Origin: Candidatus Sumerlaeia bacterium
Lineage (GTDB): Bacteria; Sumerlaeota; Sumerlaeia; SLMS01; JANRJK01
Length of the DNA stretch: 64,000 nt
Reading direction: 5' to 3'
Assembly: GCA_033764015.1 (NCBI GenBank)
Contig: JANRJK010000031.1
Location: 32,001-96,000, forward strand
Shown: positions 9,814 through 19,590 of the stretch, piece by piece
Numbering within the stretch: the stretch's first letter is position 1
Layout of the letters: each line of letters opens with the position of its first letter
Notes under the pieces: model-generated
What the model saw: the letters and a program-made list of their open reading frames with translations, nothing else
Databases searched by the model: none
What the model was told of the DNA's origin: nothing
Program-made: the position numbers and the translations under genes

Positions 9814-10299
9814 TCAGGCCCTCCCCTTCAGGATGTCGAGCGGCTTGCGGAGCGCGAGCCCCTGCGCCTCGAGCGCCGACAGGTCCGGATACATCGTGTG
9901 GATCACCAGCTTCTGGCGGTCCTCCGCGATGTCGACCGTGAGCGTCCCCGGCGTCAGCGTGATGCGGTGGCTCAGGAACGCGATCTCCGCCGGCGTCAGG
10001 TCGCCGATCGGAACCGCCACGAAGTGCACGTCGTAGTGCGCCTTCGGCGTCAGCACGTCGTACGCGAGCACCAGGTTCGACTTCACCATGTCGTAGCTGA
10101 AGTCCCATAGGAAACGCAGCAGCGAGCGGGGCGAATGCACCAGGTTCTTGATCCGGTCGAAGAAGCGGAACGTGAACGCGAACAGCAGCGTCGCCGTGTA
10201 GGTGGCGATCGTGAAGTTGCCGAAGACCACCTTGGCGAAGACCGCGCACACCGCCATCGCGACGAGGAGCTCGGTGAAGGTGAAGGGTCGTTTCGTCAC
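9814..10299 (-). CDS. mrpE: Mrp Na+/H+ antiporter subunit E
   Basis: GTG 10299 overlaps the mrpD stop. Contains DMVKSNLVLAYDVL and ITLTPGTLTVD. Confidence 0.88.
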   Translation of the reverse strand: MTKRPFTFTELLVAMAVCAVFAKVVFGNFTIATYTATLLFAFTFRFFDRIKNLVHSPRSLLRFLWDFSYDMVKSNLVLAYDVLTPKAHYDVHFVAVPIGDLTPAEIAFLSHRITLTPGTLTVDIAEDRQKLVIHTMYPDLSALEAQGLALRKPLDILKGRA

Positions 10300-11837
10300 G
10301 GCGCGGCCACCTCCGCCGGCGCCGCCTGCGGCACGCCGAGCACGACGCCCTCCGGCAGCGGCGCGCCCAGCACCGCCTCGACGTAGGCCCGCGGATCGAG
10401 CAGCGACTCCGCGCAGGACGCGCACCACTCCATCAGCGGCGCGCTGAACACCGCGACGAGGACGCTCACCGCGGCGAGCCCGCCGGCGACCACGAGCAGC
10501 GGGCGCGCCGCCTCCGCGGAGACGGGCTCGTGGTCGCGCTCGCCCCAGAAGCACGCCGTCCAGATCTTCACCATGCTCGCCAGCGTGAAGAGCGAGGTGA
10601 ACAGCGCGGCCCCCGCCACGAACCAGTGCCCCGTGCGGAAGCCCTCCAGCACCGCGAAGTACTTCCCGTAGAAGCCCGAAAGCGGCGGCAGCCCCGCCAG
10701 CGACACCGCCGCCAGCAGGAACGCGATCCCCAGCCACGGGTAGCTCCGCAGCAGGCCGTGGATCCCCTTCACCGAATCGCCGCGGTGGTGCACCACCACG
10801 AAGCCCGCCACGAGGAACAGCGTCGTCTTCACGACCACGTTGTGCAGCGTGGTGAACAGCCCCGCCGCCAGCCCCGCCGTCGTGAACATCGCCAGCCCGA
10901 ACACCATGTAGCCGATCTGGCTGACGATGTGGACGCTCAGGATGCCCCGCATGGACCACTGCCCCAGCGCGCCGAACACGCCCACGACCATCGTGAGCGC
11001 CGCCAGCGCGAGCAGCGCCGGCTGCGTCCACTCCGCGGCCAGGCTCCCGAAGCACACCGTGTACAGCCGGTAGAAGCAGTACACGCCCACCTTGGTCAGC
11101 ATGCCCGCGAAGAACGGCAGGATGCCGATGGGCGCCTTCGGGTACGCGCCCGGCAGCCAGAAGAAGAGCGGGAAGACGGCGGCCTTCAGCCCGAACACGA
11201 AGAGCAGCCAGAACGCCAGCGCCGCCGCCACGCCGCGCTGCTCCGTCTGCGCCACTTTGATCGCCAGGTCCGCGTAGTTCAGCGTCCCGAACGTGCCGTA
11301 GACCAGCCCCGCGCCGAGCAGGAACAGCGTGCCGCCGAGGACGTTCATCGCCACGAAGCGGAACCCCGCCCGGAGCTGCCCCGCCTCGTTGTCGAAGATC
11401 ATCAGCGCGTAGGACGCCAGCAGGATCAGCTCGAAGCTCACGAAAAGGTTGAACAGGTCCGCGGTCGCGAACGCCCAGTTCACGCCCGCCGCCAGGATCA
11501 GCAGCAGCGGGTGGAAGTAGCGCTGCTGCGCGAGCGCCGGCATGCCGCCGCACCGGACGAACCACCACGTCGCCGCGTGGATCACCGCGTTGAGCGCGAT
11601 GAACAGCGCCGAGAGCTGGTCGAGCGCGAACACGATGCCGAAGGTGCCGGGCCAATCGCCCATGCGCATCACGTGGATCGTCCCGTCCGCGGTCCGCGCC
11701 AGCAGGTGCGCGGCGAGCGCCAGCGCCGCGTGCGCCGCCACGCCGGACAAGACGGCCTGCGCCGTCCGCGAATGCCGCAGGAACAGCAGCGCGACCGCCG
11801 CGAGGAACGGCAGCAGGACCGGAAGCACCGACAGCAT
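10296..11837 (-). CDS. mrpD: Mrp Na+/H+ antiporter subunit D
   Basis: DLFNLFVSFELILLASY, KAAVFPLFFWLPGAYP, LTKVGVY and SLAGLPPLSGFYGK. Confidence 0.93.
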   Translation of the reverse strand: MLSVLPVLLPFLAAVALLFLRHSRTAQAVLSGVAAHAALALAAHLLARTADGTIHVMRMGDWPGTFGIVFALDQLSALFIALNAVIHAATWWFVRCGGMPALAQQRYFHPLLLILAAGVNWAFATADLFNLFVSFELILLASYALMIFDNEAGQLRAGFRFVAMNVLGGTLFLLGAGLVYGTFGTLNYADLAIKVAQTEQRGVAAALAFWLLFVFGLKAAVFPLFFWLPGAYPKAPIGILPFFAGMLTKVGVYCFYRLYTVCFGSLAAEWTQPALLALAALTMVVGVFGALGQWSMRGILSVHIVSQIGYMVFGLAMFTTAGLAAGLFTTLHNVVVKTTLFLVAGFVVVHHRGDSVKGIHGLLRSYPWLGIAFLLAAVSLAGLPPLSGFYGKYFAVLEGFRTGHWFVAGAALFTSLFTLASMVKIWTACFWGERDHEPVSAEAARPLLVVAGGLAAVSVLVAVFSAPLMEWCASCAESLLDPRAYVEAVLGAPLPEGVVLGVPQAAPAEVAAP

Positions 11838-12229
11838 CAGCCCTTACCCTCCCCGGGCCCGGGCTCGCCGAGCGCCAGCGTGGAGGACGTCTCGCGCCCC
11901 CGCGCGATCAGCACCATCAGGAAGCTGAACACCCCGAAGCCGATCACGATCGCCGTCAGGATCAGAGCGTGCGGCAGCGGATCCACGTACAGCGCCGGGT
12001 CCACGCGCGACACCTTCGCCGCGGTTCCGCCGACTGTGTCGACAACCGGCTCCGCGGTGACCGGCGGCAGCGTCCCCGCGGTCCAGCCCCCCGCCGCCAG
12101 GATCGCCAGGTTCACCGCCTGCGAGATCAGCAGCAGCCCGAGCAGCACCTCGAAGGCGCTCTTGCGGAAGAGCTGGTACACCCCGGCGCCGACCAGCGCC
12201 GCCACGAGCAGCGAAGCGACCAGTGTCAT
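11837..12229 (-). CDS. mrpC: Mrp Na+/H+ antiporter subunit C
   Basis: DPLPHALILTAIVIGFG signature. Confidence 0.93.
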   Translation of the reverse strand: MTLVASLLVAALVGAGVYQLFRKSAFEVLLGLLLISQAVNLAILAAGGWTAGTLPPVTAEPVVDTVGGTAAKVSRVDPALYVDPLPHALILTAIVIGFGVFSFLMVLIARGRETSSTLALGEPGPGEGKG

Positions 12230-12233
12230 GTCG

Positions 12234-15158
12234 TCACAGCCTCCCGAAGCCCTTCACGAGCACCAGCGTGATCCCCACCACCACCAGGTACACGCCGAGG
12301 TCGAAGAACATGGCGCTGGCGATCTCGATCTCGCCGAGCAGCGGCAGGTGCACGTACCAGAACTCGCTCGTCAGGAAAGGCAGGCCGAAGAACATCGCCA
12401 CCAGTCCCGTGCCGCCGGCGAACAGCAGCCCCGCCGGGATCAGTCCGAAGATGTGGTGCGGCGTCGCGCGCTCGTACTGCTCGTGCGTGGATGATAGGAT
12501 GAAGGGGACCACGGCGACCGCGGAGAGCAGCCCCGCGATGAAGCCCCCGCCCGGCGCGTTGTGCCCCGCGAAGAACAGCACCAGCGCCACGCCCAGCACG
12601 AAGACCGCGATGATGTTCGCCAGCTCGCGCGTCACGATCGAGGGCCCGCCCCGCACCCGGTAGCCGAGCGTGTTGTAGATGAAGGGGAAGCTCGAGGGGC
12701 GGAGCCTGAACTCGTCGCCGCTCGCCGCGGGGCCGCGCTGCGCGCGCGAAGGGTCGAACTCGCGGTGCCCGCCGTCCCGCATCAGCAGCGCCACGCCGAG
12801 CGCCGCGAGCACCAGCACCGTGATCTCGCCCAGCGTGTCGAGCCCGCGGAAGTCCACCAGGATCACGTTCACCACGTTGTTGCCGCCGCCGGAGTGGGCG
12901 CCCTCCACCGTGGGGTACTTCGAGTTGGCGAGGTAGTACGCCGAGTGCGTCGGGTTCCCCGCGAGCACCGGGGCCAACCGGTCCGGGCTGGACGCGGCGT
13001 TGTACGTCGCGAGCCCCGCGACCAGCGCCACCGCGACCGCGATGGCCGCCGCCGGCGCCGCGACCGCCGCGCGCACCGTCTCGCGCGGCGGCGCGCCGAT
13101 CCGCTTCAGCAGGATCAGCAGCATCACCAGCACCACCAGCTCCACCAGCACCTGCGTCAGCGCGAGGTCCGGCGCCTTGTAGAAGATGAAGAAACCGCTG
13201 ATGATCAGCCCCACCAGGCCCATGCCGATCACCCGCGCCACGGCGGACCGCGGCACCAGCACCAGCCCCAGCGACGCCAGCGCCGACGCCGCCAGCAGCC
13301 CGGCGAGCAGCACCGCGGGCCCCGCCTCGAACTCGGCCGCGTTGATCGGCGAGCCCAGCAGCGGCCAGCCCACCGCCAGCGCGAAGAACGCCGCCAGCAC
13401 CGCCATGTTGAAGCGCAGCGACGGATGCGCGACGAACGCCGCGGCCTTCGACGCCACCCACGGGAAGAACGAATCGAACAGCAGCTCGTACCCGCGCAGC
13501 GTCGGCGCAGGACGCCCCGCGCGCTCCTGCAGGCGGTCCACCGCGCCGGTCCCGAAGAAAACGCCGGCGCCCGCGGCGTAGATCGCCATGCTCACCGCGA
13601 ACATGAAGTCGACCTTCTTGAACATGCCCACCTTGTAGTGCGCGTCGACCGCGTAGTACGCCGCGTTCGCGAGGCGCCCGAGCGGCTCCGACAGCATCGG
13701 CACCCAGAGCCCCGCGGCCAGCGTCGGCAGGATCAGCAGCGCCGGCGCCAGCAGCAGGCCGGGGCCCGCCTCGTGCGCGTGGTCGAACACGCCCTGCTCG
13801 CGCGGCTCGCCGAAGAACGGCGAGATGGCGACGCGCAGGCAGTAGGCCATGGTGAAGCAGCTCGCCAGCACGGCGCCCGCGAAGAGCGCCAGCCGCAACG
13901 CCCCGGGGGCGCCTTCCCAGTGCCACGAGGCGTCGAAGAAGAGCTTCTTCGCCACGAAGCCGAACGTGAGCGGCAGCCCCGCCATGGAGGCGCAGCCGAT
14001 GATCGTCAGCGCGGCGGTCGCCGGCATCTTGCGCCACAGGCCGCCGAGCCGGCGCCAGTCGCGCGTGTGCGTGCCGTGGTCGATCACGCCGCACATCATG
14101 AAAAGCCCGCCCTTGAAGAGCGCGTGGCTCAGGACCAGCAGCAGGTCCAGCGTGAGCAGCCCGCCCGTGCCGAGCCGCCCCGCGCCGAAGCCGTAGTAGG
14201 CCACGATGAGGCCGAGCTGGCTCACCGTCGAGAACGCCAGGAGCTGCTTGATGTCGTACGCCGTGATCGCCATCCAGCCGCCGATCAGCATCGTCAGCAC
14301 GCCGACCGGTCCCACGATCCAAAGCCACAGCTCGTGGCCGCCGAAGACGGGGTAGATGCGCCCCAGCAGGTAGATGCCCGCCTTGACCATCGTCGCCGCG
14401 TGGAGGAACGCGGAAACCGGCGTCGGTGCCTCCATGGCGCCGGGGAGCCAGAAATGGAAGGGGAACTGGGCGCTCTTGGTGAAGGCGCCGACCAGCATCA
14501 GGAGGAGCGCGGTCCCGGCGAGCGGGTGCGCGGCGATCTCGTCCGCCCGCGCCCACACCTCGCCCCACATCATCGTGCCGCCGCCGGGGCCCTGCGACAG
14601 GATCAGGTGCAGCACCGCGATCCCCGCCATCAGGCACAGCCCGCCGGTGCCCGTGACCAGCAGCGCCCTCCGCGCCCCCGCGATCGCCGAGGGCTTGTGG
14701 CTCCAGTGGCCGATCAGGAGGAACGACGTGATCGAGGTGGCCTCCCAGAACACGAACATCATGACGAGGTTCTCGGAGACGACCACGCCGAGCATCGCGC
14801 CCATGAACGCCATCAGCGAGGAATAGAACCGCGTCGGCGAATCCCCGGGATCCATGTAGAAGCCCGAGTACCACACCACGCACGCGCCGATGCCGAGCAC
14901 CAGCCACGCCCAGAACAGGGCGGGGCCGTCCAGCCAAAGCGAAACCGACAAGTGGATCGACGGGTGCCACGGGTAGTCGAAGCGCGGCGGCGCCGCCGGG
15001 TCCCACCCGAGCGTGGCGTGCGCCAGAAAGCCCAGCGCCGCCAGCGTGAAGGCGAGCGCCGTCGCGAAGCGCGCCTTCGCCCCGCCCGCCTGCGGCAGCA
15101 GGAGCACCGCCGCCGCTCCCAGGAACGGCATCGCGAGCATCAGCGGCAGCGTCGTCAT
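12234..15158 (-). CDS. mrpA: Mrp Na+/H+ antiporter fused subunit A/B (group 2 operon)
   Basis: FTKSAQFPFHFWLPGAMEAPTPVSAFLHAATMVKAG, APDLALTQ, NVVNVILVDFRGLDTLGE and the MrpB part GHNAPGGGFIAGL. Start placed at ATG 15158. Confidence 0.93.
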   Translation of the reverse strand: MTTLPLMLAMPFLGAAAVLLLPQAGGAKARFATALAFTLAALGFLAHATLGWDPAAPPRFDYPWHPSIHLSVSLWLDGPALFWAWLVLGIGACVVWYSGFYMDPGDSPTRFYSSLMAFMGAMLGVVVSENLVMMFVFWEATSITSFLLIGHWSHKPSAIAGARRALLVTGTGGLCLMAGIAVLHLILSQGPGGGTMMWGEVWARADEIAAHPLAGTALLLMLVGAFTKSAQFPFHFWLPGAMEAPTPVSAFLHAATMVKAGIYLLGRIYPVFGGHELWLWIVGPVGVLTMLIGGWMAITAYDIKQLLAFSTVSQLGLIVAYYGFGAGRLGTGGLLTLDLLLVLSHALFKGGLFMMCGVIDHGTHTRDWRRLGGLWRKMPATAALTIIGCASMAGLPLTFGFVAKKLFFDASWHWEGAPGALRLALFAGAVLASCFTMAYCLRVAISPFFGEPREQGVFDHAHEAGPGLLLAPALLILPTLAAGLWVPMLSEPLGRLANAAYYAVDAHYKVGMFKKVDFMFAVSMAIYAAGAGVFFGTGAVDRLQERAGRPAPTLRGYELLFDSFFPWVASKAAAFVAHPSLRFNMAVLAAFFALAVGWPLLGSPINAAEFEAGPAVLLAGLLAASALASLGLVLVPRSAVARVIGMGLVGLIISGFFIFYKAPDLALTQVLVELVVLVMLLILLKRIGAPPRETVRAAVAAPAAAIAVAVALVAGLATYNAASSPDRLAPVLAGNPTHSAYYLANSKYPTVEGAHSGGGNNVVNVILVDFRGLDTLGEITVLVLAALGVALLMRDGGHREFDPSRAQRGPAASGDEFRLRPSSFPFIYNTLGYRVRGGPSIVTRELANIIAVFVLGVALVLFFAGHNAPGGGFIAGLLSAVAVVPFILSSTHEQYERATPHHIFGLIPAGLLFAGGTGLVAMFFGLPFLTSEFWYVHLPLLGEIEIASAMFFDLGVYLVVVGITLVLVKGFGRL

Positions 15159-15321
15159 CGGCGTCGGGGCGGGAGCTTCGTTCGCATCGGGTCGGGTCTT
15201 CCCGCCGGAGCAGGAGCGCAAAGAGGCAAGAGGGGGCCGTCCCCGGTGGATTCCCGCGCGGCCGCGGGAACGGCAGGGCTAAGGGCGCCGCGCCATGGGA
15301 AGCAAGCGGACTCGGGCGGCG

Positions 15322-18240
15322 TCAGGCGCCGCCGCGGTCGAGCAGCCGCTGGAACGTGTGCCGCCGCCAGCCGCGCGAGGCCAGCTCCGCCGTGAGCGGC
15401 GCGGCTTCCTCCGTCCGGCCGAGGTGCAGCAGCGCGGACGCGCGCGTCTCCATCTGCCACGAGGGGAACTGGCGCCCCGCCACGAACGGGGTGAACACGT
15501 CCACCGCGCGCTCCCAGTGCTCGCGCGCCTCCTCCACGGCGCCGGAGAGGTGCAGCACGCGCCCCGCCAGCAGCAGCGCCTTCGAGAGCAGGTCGAAGTA
15601 CGTCGGGTTGTCCTCGATCTCCGTGGTTAGCCGCTGCGCCAGGCCCAGCACGCGCTCGCTCGCGTCGCGCGCCTCGTCCAGCCGGCCCATCTCGAGGAGC
15701 GCCTCCCCCATGCTGTTCAGGATCCAGCCGGTCTCCAGCAGCACCGCGAGGTGCGTCGAGTCCTGGTCCGCCAGCGGCTGGCTCATGGCGACCGCTTCGC
15801 GGAAGGCGGCGACCGCCTCCTCGTTGCGCTCCAGCTCGTGCAGCACCCGGCCGATGGCGCCGTGCGTGAAGGCCAGCTCCAGCGCCCTCGAGGCGTTCGT
15901 CGGGTCCGCCGCGGCGAGCTGCACCGCCAGCGGCAGCGCCTCGCGGAACAGCTCCAGCGCGTCGTCCCGCCGCCCCATGTCCTGCAGGATCGCCGCCCGC
16001 GTCGTGAGGCTCCAGCCGAGCTGCACCTTGTGGTCCGGGTTGTCCGGCTGGCGCGCGCAGAGGTCGATGCGGAGCGCGTGGCCCCGCTCCGCGACCGCGA
16101 GCGCCTCGCCGAGCCGCCCCGCCGCCCGTAGCACGTTCGAGTAGCTGATCAGCACCCACGCGTAGTCGTAGAGCAGCGCGACGTCCTCCGGCGCCTGTTC
16201 GCAGAGCTGCTCGCGGACCGCGAGCGAGGCGAGGTGCGCGGAGGCGGCCTTCTCCTGGAAGCCCTGGCGCCAGTAGACGACGCCGAGCTGGTGCAGGTTG
16301 CCCGCCATCCGGTTTCGCCAAAACGCCGGGCGCGCGCTCCCCGCCGCCCGGCGCGTGTGGAACTCGAGCGCCTCGTTGTTCACCGCGATGCAGGAGGCGT
16401 ACTCGCCCTGGAAGTAGTGCGCGCCGGCCAGGCGGGCGAACGCGTCCGACAGGTGCGTGGCCCATTCCTCGTCGTTCGGGTGCCGCGCGTGGCCGGCGCG
16501 GGCCGTCGCGTGGAAGCTGCGGTACGCCTTCAGCGCGTCCTCCACCCGCGCCTGGTTCTTAAGCACGTCGCCGATGTTGCGGAAGGCCACCGCGCGGTTG
16601 GCGGCGCGCGCCGGCGTGGCGGCGTCCTGCTCCGCCGGCGCCGACTCGTAGTACGACAGCGCCTTGCGCGCGATCTGGTCCATCAGGTCCAGCCGGTGCA
16701 GCGGCGCCAGCGTCGCGTGCAGCTCGTGGATCAGGAAGCCCAGCAGGTCCTCGGCCCGGTCGCGCTCGCTCGTCGCCTGCGCGAACGCCTCGGACAGCTC
16801 GCGCTCCTGCTGCCGCTTGCGCGATTCCAGGCGCGTCAGCTCCGCGAGCAGGCGCTCGCGCTCCGCGCCCGCGGACAGGCGCTCCGCCTGCACCCGCGCC
16901 AGCATCAGGTCGCCGTGCTCCAGCGCCGCGTTCGCGTAGCGCAGCAGCGCACGGTCGCGCAGCGGCTGCAGGTCCGGGTTCTCCGGCCACAGCGTGCGCG
17001 CGTTCCCGAGCAGCGCCAGCAGCTCGCCGTGGTCCCGGTAGTCCGGCAGCGACGACTCCAGCCGGGCGCGCACCTCGTTCAGGATCGCGTGCGACTCCCG
17101 CCGCCGCGACGCGCCCGTCAGGTGGTCCTTCAACCGGTCGTGGAACTCGCTCGCCGACTGCAGGCGCAGCGCCCGGTCCCCCTCGAGCGCGTGCATCGCC
17201 AGCGCGGCGAGGTCCGACGGCACCTCGCGCTGCGGGATGCGCTCCCGCGGCGGCACAATCATCGCCGCCCGCGCCAGCTTGAACGCGTCGTTCGCGCTCC
17301 TCGCGCGGTACGGCGAAGTGCCTGTGAGCAGGAAGTACAGGATGCCGCCGAGCTGGAACACGTCGGTCCAGGGGCCGATCCGCTCCGCCGACTGGGTGGT
17401 CTGCTCCGGCGCCATGTAGGCCGGCGTTCCGGAGGGGTTCGGCGCCCGCTTCCGGTCCGGCAGCGTCTCGCGCAGCGCCGGCGCCTCCGAGGCCGCCAGC
17501 ATCTCGTCGTACACCATCGCGATGCCCCAGTCCATCAGCAGCACTTCGCCGAACTCCCCGGTCATCACCTGCGACGGCTTCAGGTCGCGGTGCACCACGC
17601 CGCGGGAGTGCGCGAAGGCCACCGCCTGCGACACGTCCATCAGCACCGGGATGTGCTTGGAAAGGAAATCGGCCACCGGCATCGAGCCGAAGTCGTCCCG
17701 GAGGATCCGGTCCCAGGGCGCGCCCCGCACCAGCTTCATCGCCAGCGCCGGACGGCCCCGCTCGTCCCGCCCCAGGTCGTACACCGGCACGATGTTCGGA
17801 TGCTCCAGGTTCGCCGTCGCCAGCGCCTCCTGGTGGAACGTCTCCTCCAGCGAGCGCAGCTCCGCCGGGTCGCCGGACGCCCGCGAGAGCCGGTCCTGGT
17901 GCAGCCGCTTGATCGCCACCGTCCGCCCGAGGCTCGCCTGGTGGCTCTCCCAGATCTCGCCGAAGCCGCCCTCGCCCACCACCCGGCGCAGGAAGAACGA
18001 CGTCTCGTGCGGCGGCACCAGCTCGCTCGGCACCGAGCCCGCCGGGCCCTCCGCCAGCGCCGTCAGCAGCCACCGCGGCAGCGGCGCCTTCGACGCGTCC
18101 CACCCCGATTCCCCCGGCAGCGGCGTCATGGCGGGGCGGCTCGCGACCAGGCGCGAGCCGATCGGCGCGGTGATCGAACACTCGTCCGGCAGGTCGGCGG
18201 GGATCTCGGGGAACGGCCGGTCGGCGTCTAGGGGCGCCAT
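15322..18240 (-). CDS. Hanks-type Ser/Thr protein kinase with C-terminal TPR repeats
   Basis: GEGGFG, VAIK, LEHPNIVPVYD, HRDLKPSQV, DWG, GTPAYMAPEQ, DVFQLG, then a TPR array. Start placed at ATG 18240. Confidence 0.9.
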   Translation of the reverse strand: MAPLDADRPFPEIPADLPDECSITAPIGSRLVASRPAMTPLPGESGWDASKAPLPRWLLTALAEGPAGSVPSELVPPHETSFFLRRVVGEGGFGEIWESHQASLGRTVAIKRLHQDRLSRASGDPAELRSLEETFHQEALATANLEHPNIVPVYDLGRDERGRPALAMKLVRGAPWDRILRDDFGSMPVADFLSKHIPVLMDVSQAVAFAHSRGVVHRDLKPSQVMTGEFGEVLLMDWGIAMVYDEMLAASEAPALRETLPDRKRAPNPSGTPAYMAPEQTTQSAERIGPWTDVFQLGGILYFLLTGTSPYRARSANDAFKLARAAMIVPPRERIPQREVPSDLAALAMHALEGDRALRLQSASEFHDRLKDHLTGASRRRESHAILNEVRARLESSLPDYRDHGELLALLGNARTLWPENPDLQPLRDRALLRYANAALEHGDLMLARVQAERLSAGAERERLLAELTRLESRKRQQERELSEAFAQATSERDRAEDLLGFLIHELHATLAPLHRLDLMDQIARKALSYYESAPAEQDAATPARAANRAVAFRNIGDVLKNQARVEDALKAYRSFHATARAGHARHPNDEEWATHLSDAFARLAGAHYFQGEYASCIAVNNEALEFHTRRAAGSARPAFWRNRMAGNLHQLGVVYWRQGFQEKAASAHLASLAVREQLCEQAPEDVALLYDYAWVLISYSNVLRAAGRLGEALAVAERGHALRIDLCARQPDNPDHKVQLGWSLTTRAAILQDMGRRDDALELFREALPLAVQLAAADPTNASRALELAFTHGAIGRVLHELERNEEAVAAFREAVAMSQPLADQDSTHLAVLLETGWILNSMGEALLEMGRLDEARDASERVLGLAQRLTTEIEDNPTYFDLLSKALLLAGRVLHLSGAVEEAREHWERAVDVFTPFVAGRQFPSWQMETRASALLHLGRTEEAAPLTAELASRGWRRHTFQRLLDRGGA

Positions 18241-18433
18241 GGTCGATGTGGCCTTTGTGCCTTTGGCTGAGGGAAACGGTGTCCCGGCCGGCGCCGCCAC
18301 GCAAGCCCGGAGGGCGGACCGGGCCGTGCCACCGGGCCTTTTCACCTCGCCACCGGGCCCGCTTCGTGCATCCTCGCCCATTGGCGGCGGGAGCCCCCCT
18401 CCGCACAGTCCCGAAGGCCGCAGCACACCGACG

Positions 18434-19420
18434 ATGCCCCCTGTCCCCTCACCGCGACGCACGCTCCACGCGGAGCAGCTCCCGATGCCGGCGCCCGATC
18501 CCGGCGCGGTGCACCCGCTCAGCGAGACCCCCGAGTCGCTCGCCGCGAAGGGCCGGCGCCTGCCGGACTGGATCAAGGGCAAGATGCCCTCCGGCGACGG
18601 CTACCACAGCGTCCGCGCCCTCGTGAACGACAAGCGCCTCCACACGGTCTGCGAGGAGGCCCGCTGCCCCAACCTCGGCGAATGCTGGAGCCGCGGCACC
18701 GCCACCTTCATGATCCTGGGCGACGTCTGCACCCGCGCGTGCACCTTCTGCGCCGTCAAATCCGGACGCCCCACGGAACTCGACCTCGACGAGCCCCGCC
18801 GCGTCGCCGAGTCCATCGCCGCCATGGGCGTCAAGCACGCCGTCATCACCTCCGTGAACCGCGACGAGCTGGTCGACGGCGGCGCCTCGATCTTCGCCGA
18901 AACGATCCGCATGATCCGCGCGAAGTCCCCCGGCACGCGCATCGAACTGCTCATCCCCGACATCCTCGGCCGCCGCGAGTCGCTCGACACGATCTTCGAC
19001 GGCAAGCCGGAGATCCTGAACCACAACATCGAAACGGTGCCGCGCCTCTATTCGCGCGTGCGCCCGCAAGCCGCCTACGGGCGCTCGCTGCAAGTGCTCC
19101 AGTGGGCCAAGGAAGCGGGCCTCGTGACCAAGAGCGGCCTCATGCTCGGCCTCGGCGAACGCCTCGACGAGGTCGAGGACACCATGCGCGACCTCCGCGC
19201 GATCGACTGCGACATCCTCACGCTGGGCCAATACCTGCGCCCCACGCCGAACCACCACCCCGTGGTGCGCTTCGTCCACCCGGAGGAGTTCGCCAACCTG
19301 AAGCGCGTCGGCATGGAGATGGGCTTCAAACACGTCGAATCGGGCCCGCTCGTGCGCTCCAGCTACCACGCGGAGGAGCAAAGCGAATTCGCCGTGGTGA
19401 CCGCGGGCGCGCGGGGGTAG
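18434..19420 (+). CDS. lipA: Lipoyl synthase
   Basis: CEEARCPNLGEC, CTRACTFC, NHNIETV and RSSY motifs. Confidence 0.96.
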   Translation: MPPVPSPRRTLHAEQLPMPAPDPGAVHPLSETPESLAAKGRRLPDWIKGKMPSGDGYHSVRALVNDKRLHTVCEEARCPNLGECWSRGTATFMILGDVCTRACTFCAVKSGRPTELDLDEPRRVAESIAAMGVKHAVITSVNRDELVDGGASIFAETIRMIRAKSPGTRIELLIPDILGRRESLDTIFDGKPEILNHNIETVPRLYSRVRPQAAYGRSLQVLQWAKEAGLVTKSGLMLGLGERLDEVEDTMRDLRAIDCDILTLGQYLRPTPNHHPVVRFVHPEEFANLKRVGMEMGFKHVESGPLVRSSYHAEEQSEFAVVTAGARG

Positions 19421-19590
19421 GGGGGCGTGGATGCTTCCCTTGGCGTTTCGAAGGATGGCTAAGCGATGATTACTGATTGTCACTCCCTCTCTAGATTGGA
19501 CGGTGGCCACTTTGTAGTCCACCTAATAGATAGACGTGAGGGCCCCTCCTGCTGGGGATCATTGTCGCCGGTTGTAACTCCGCCAAGGAG

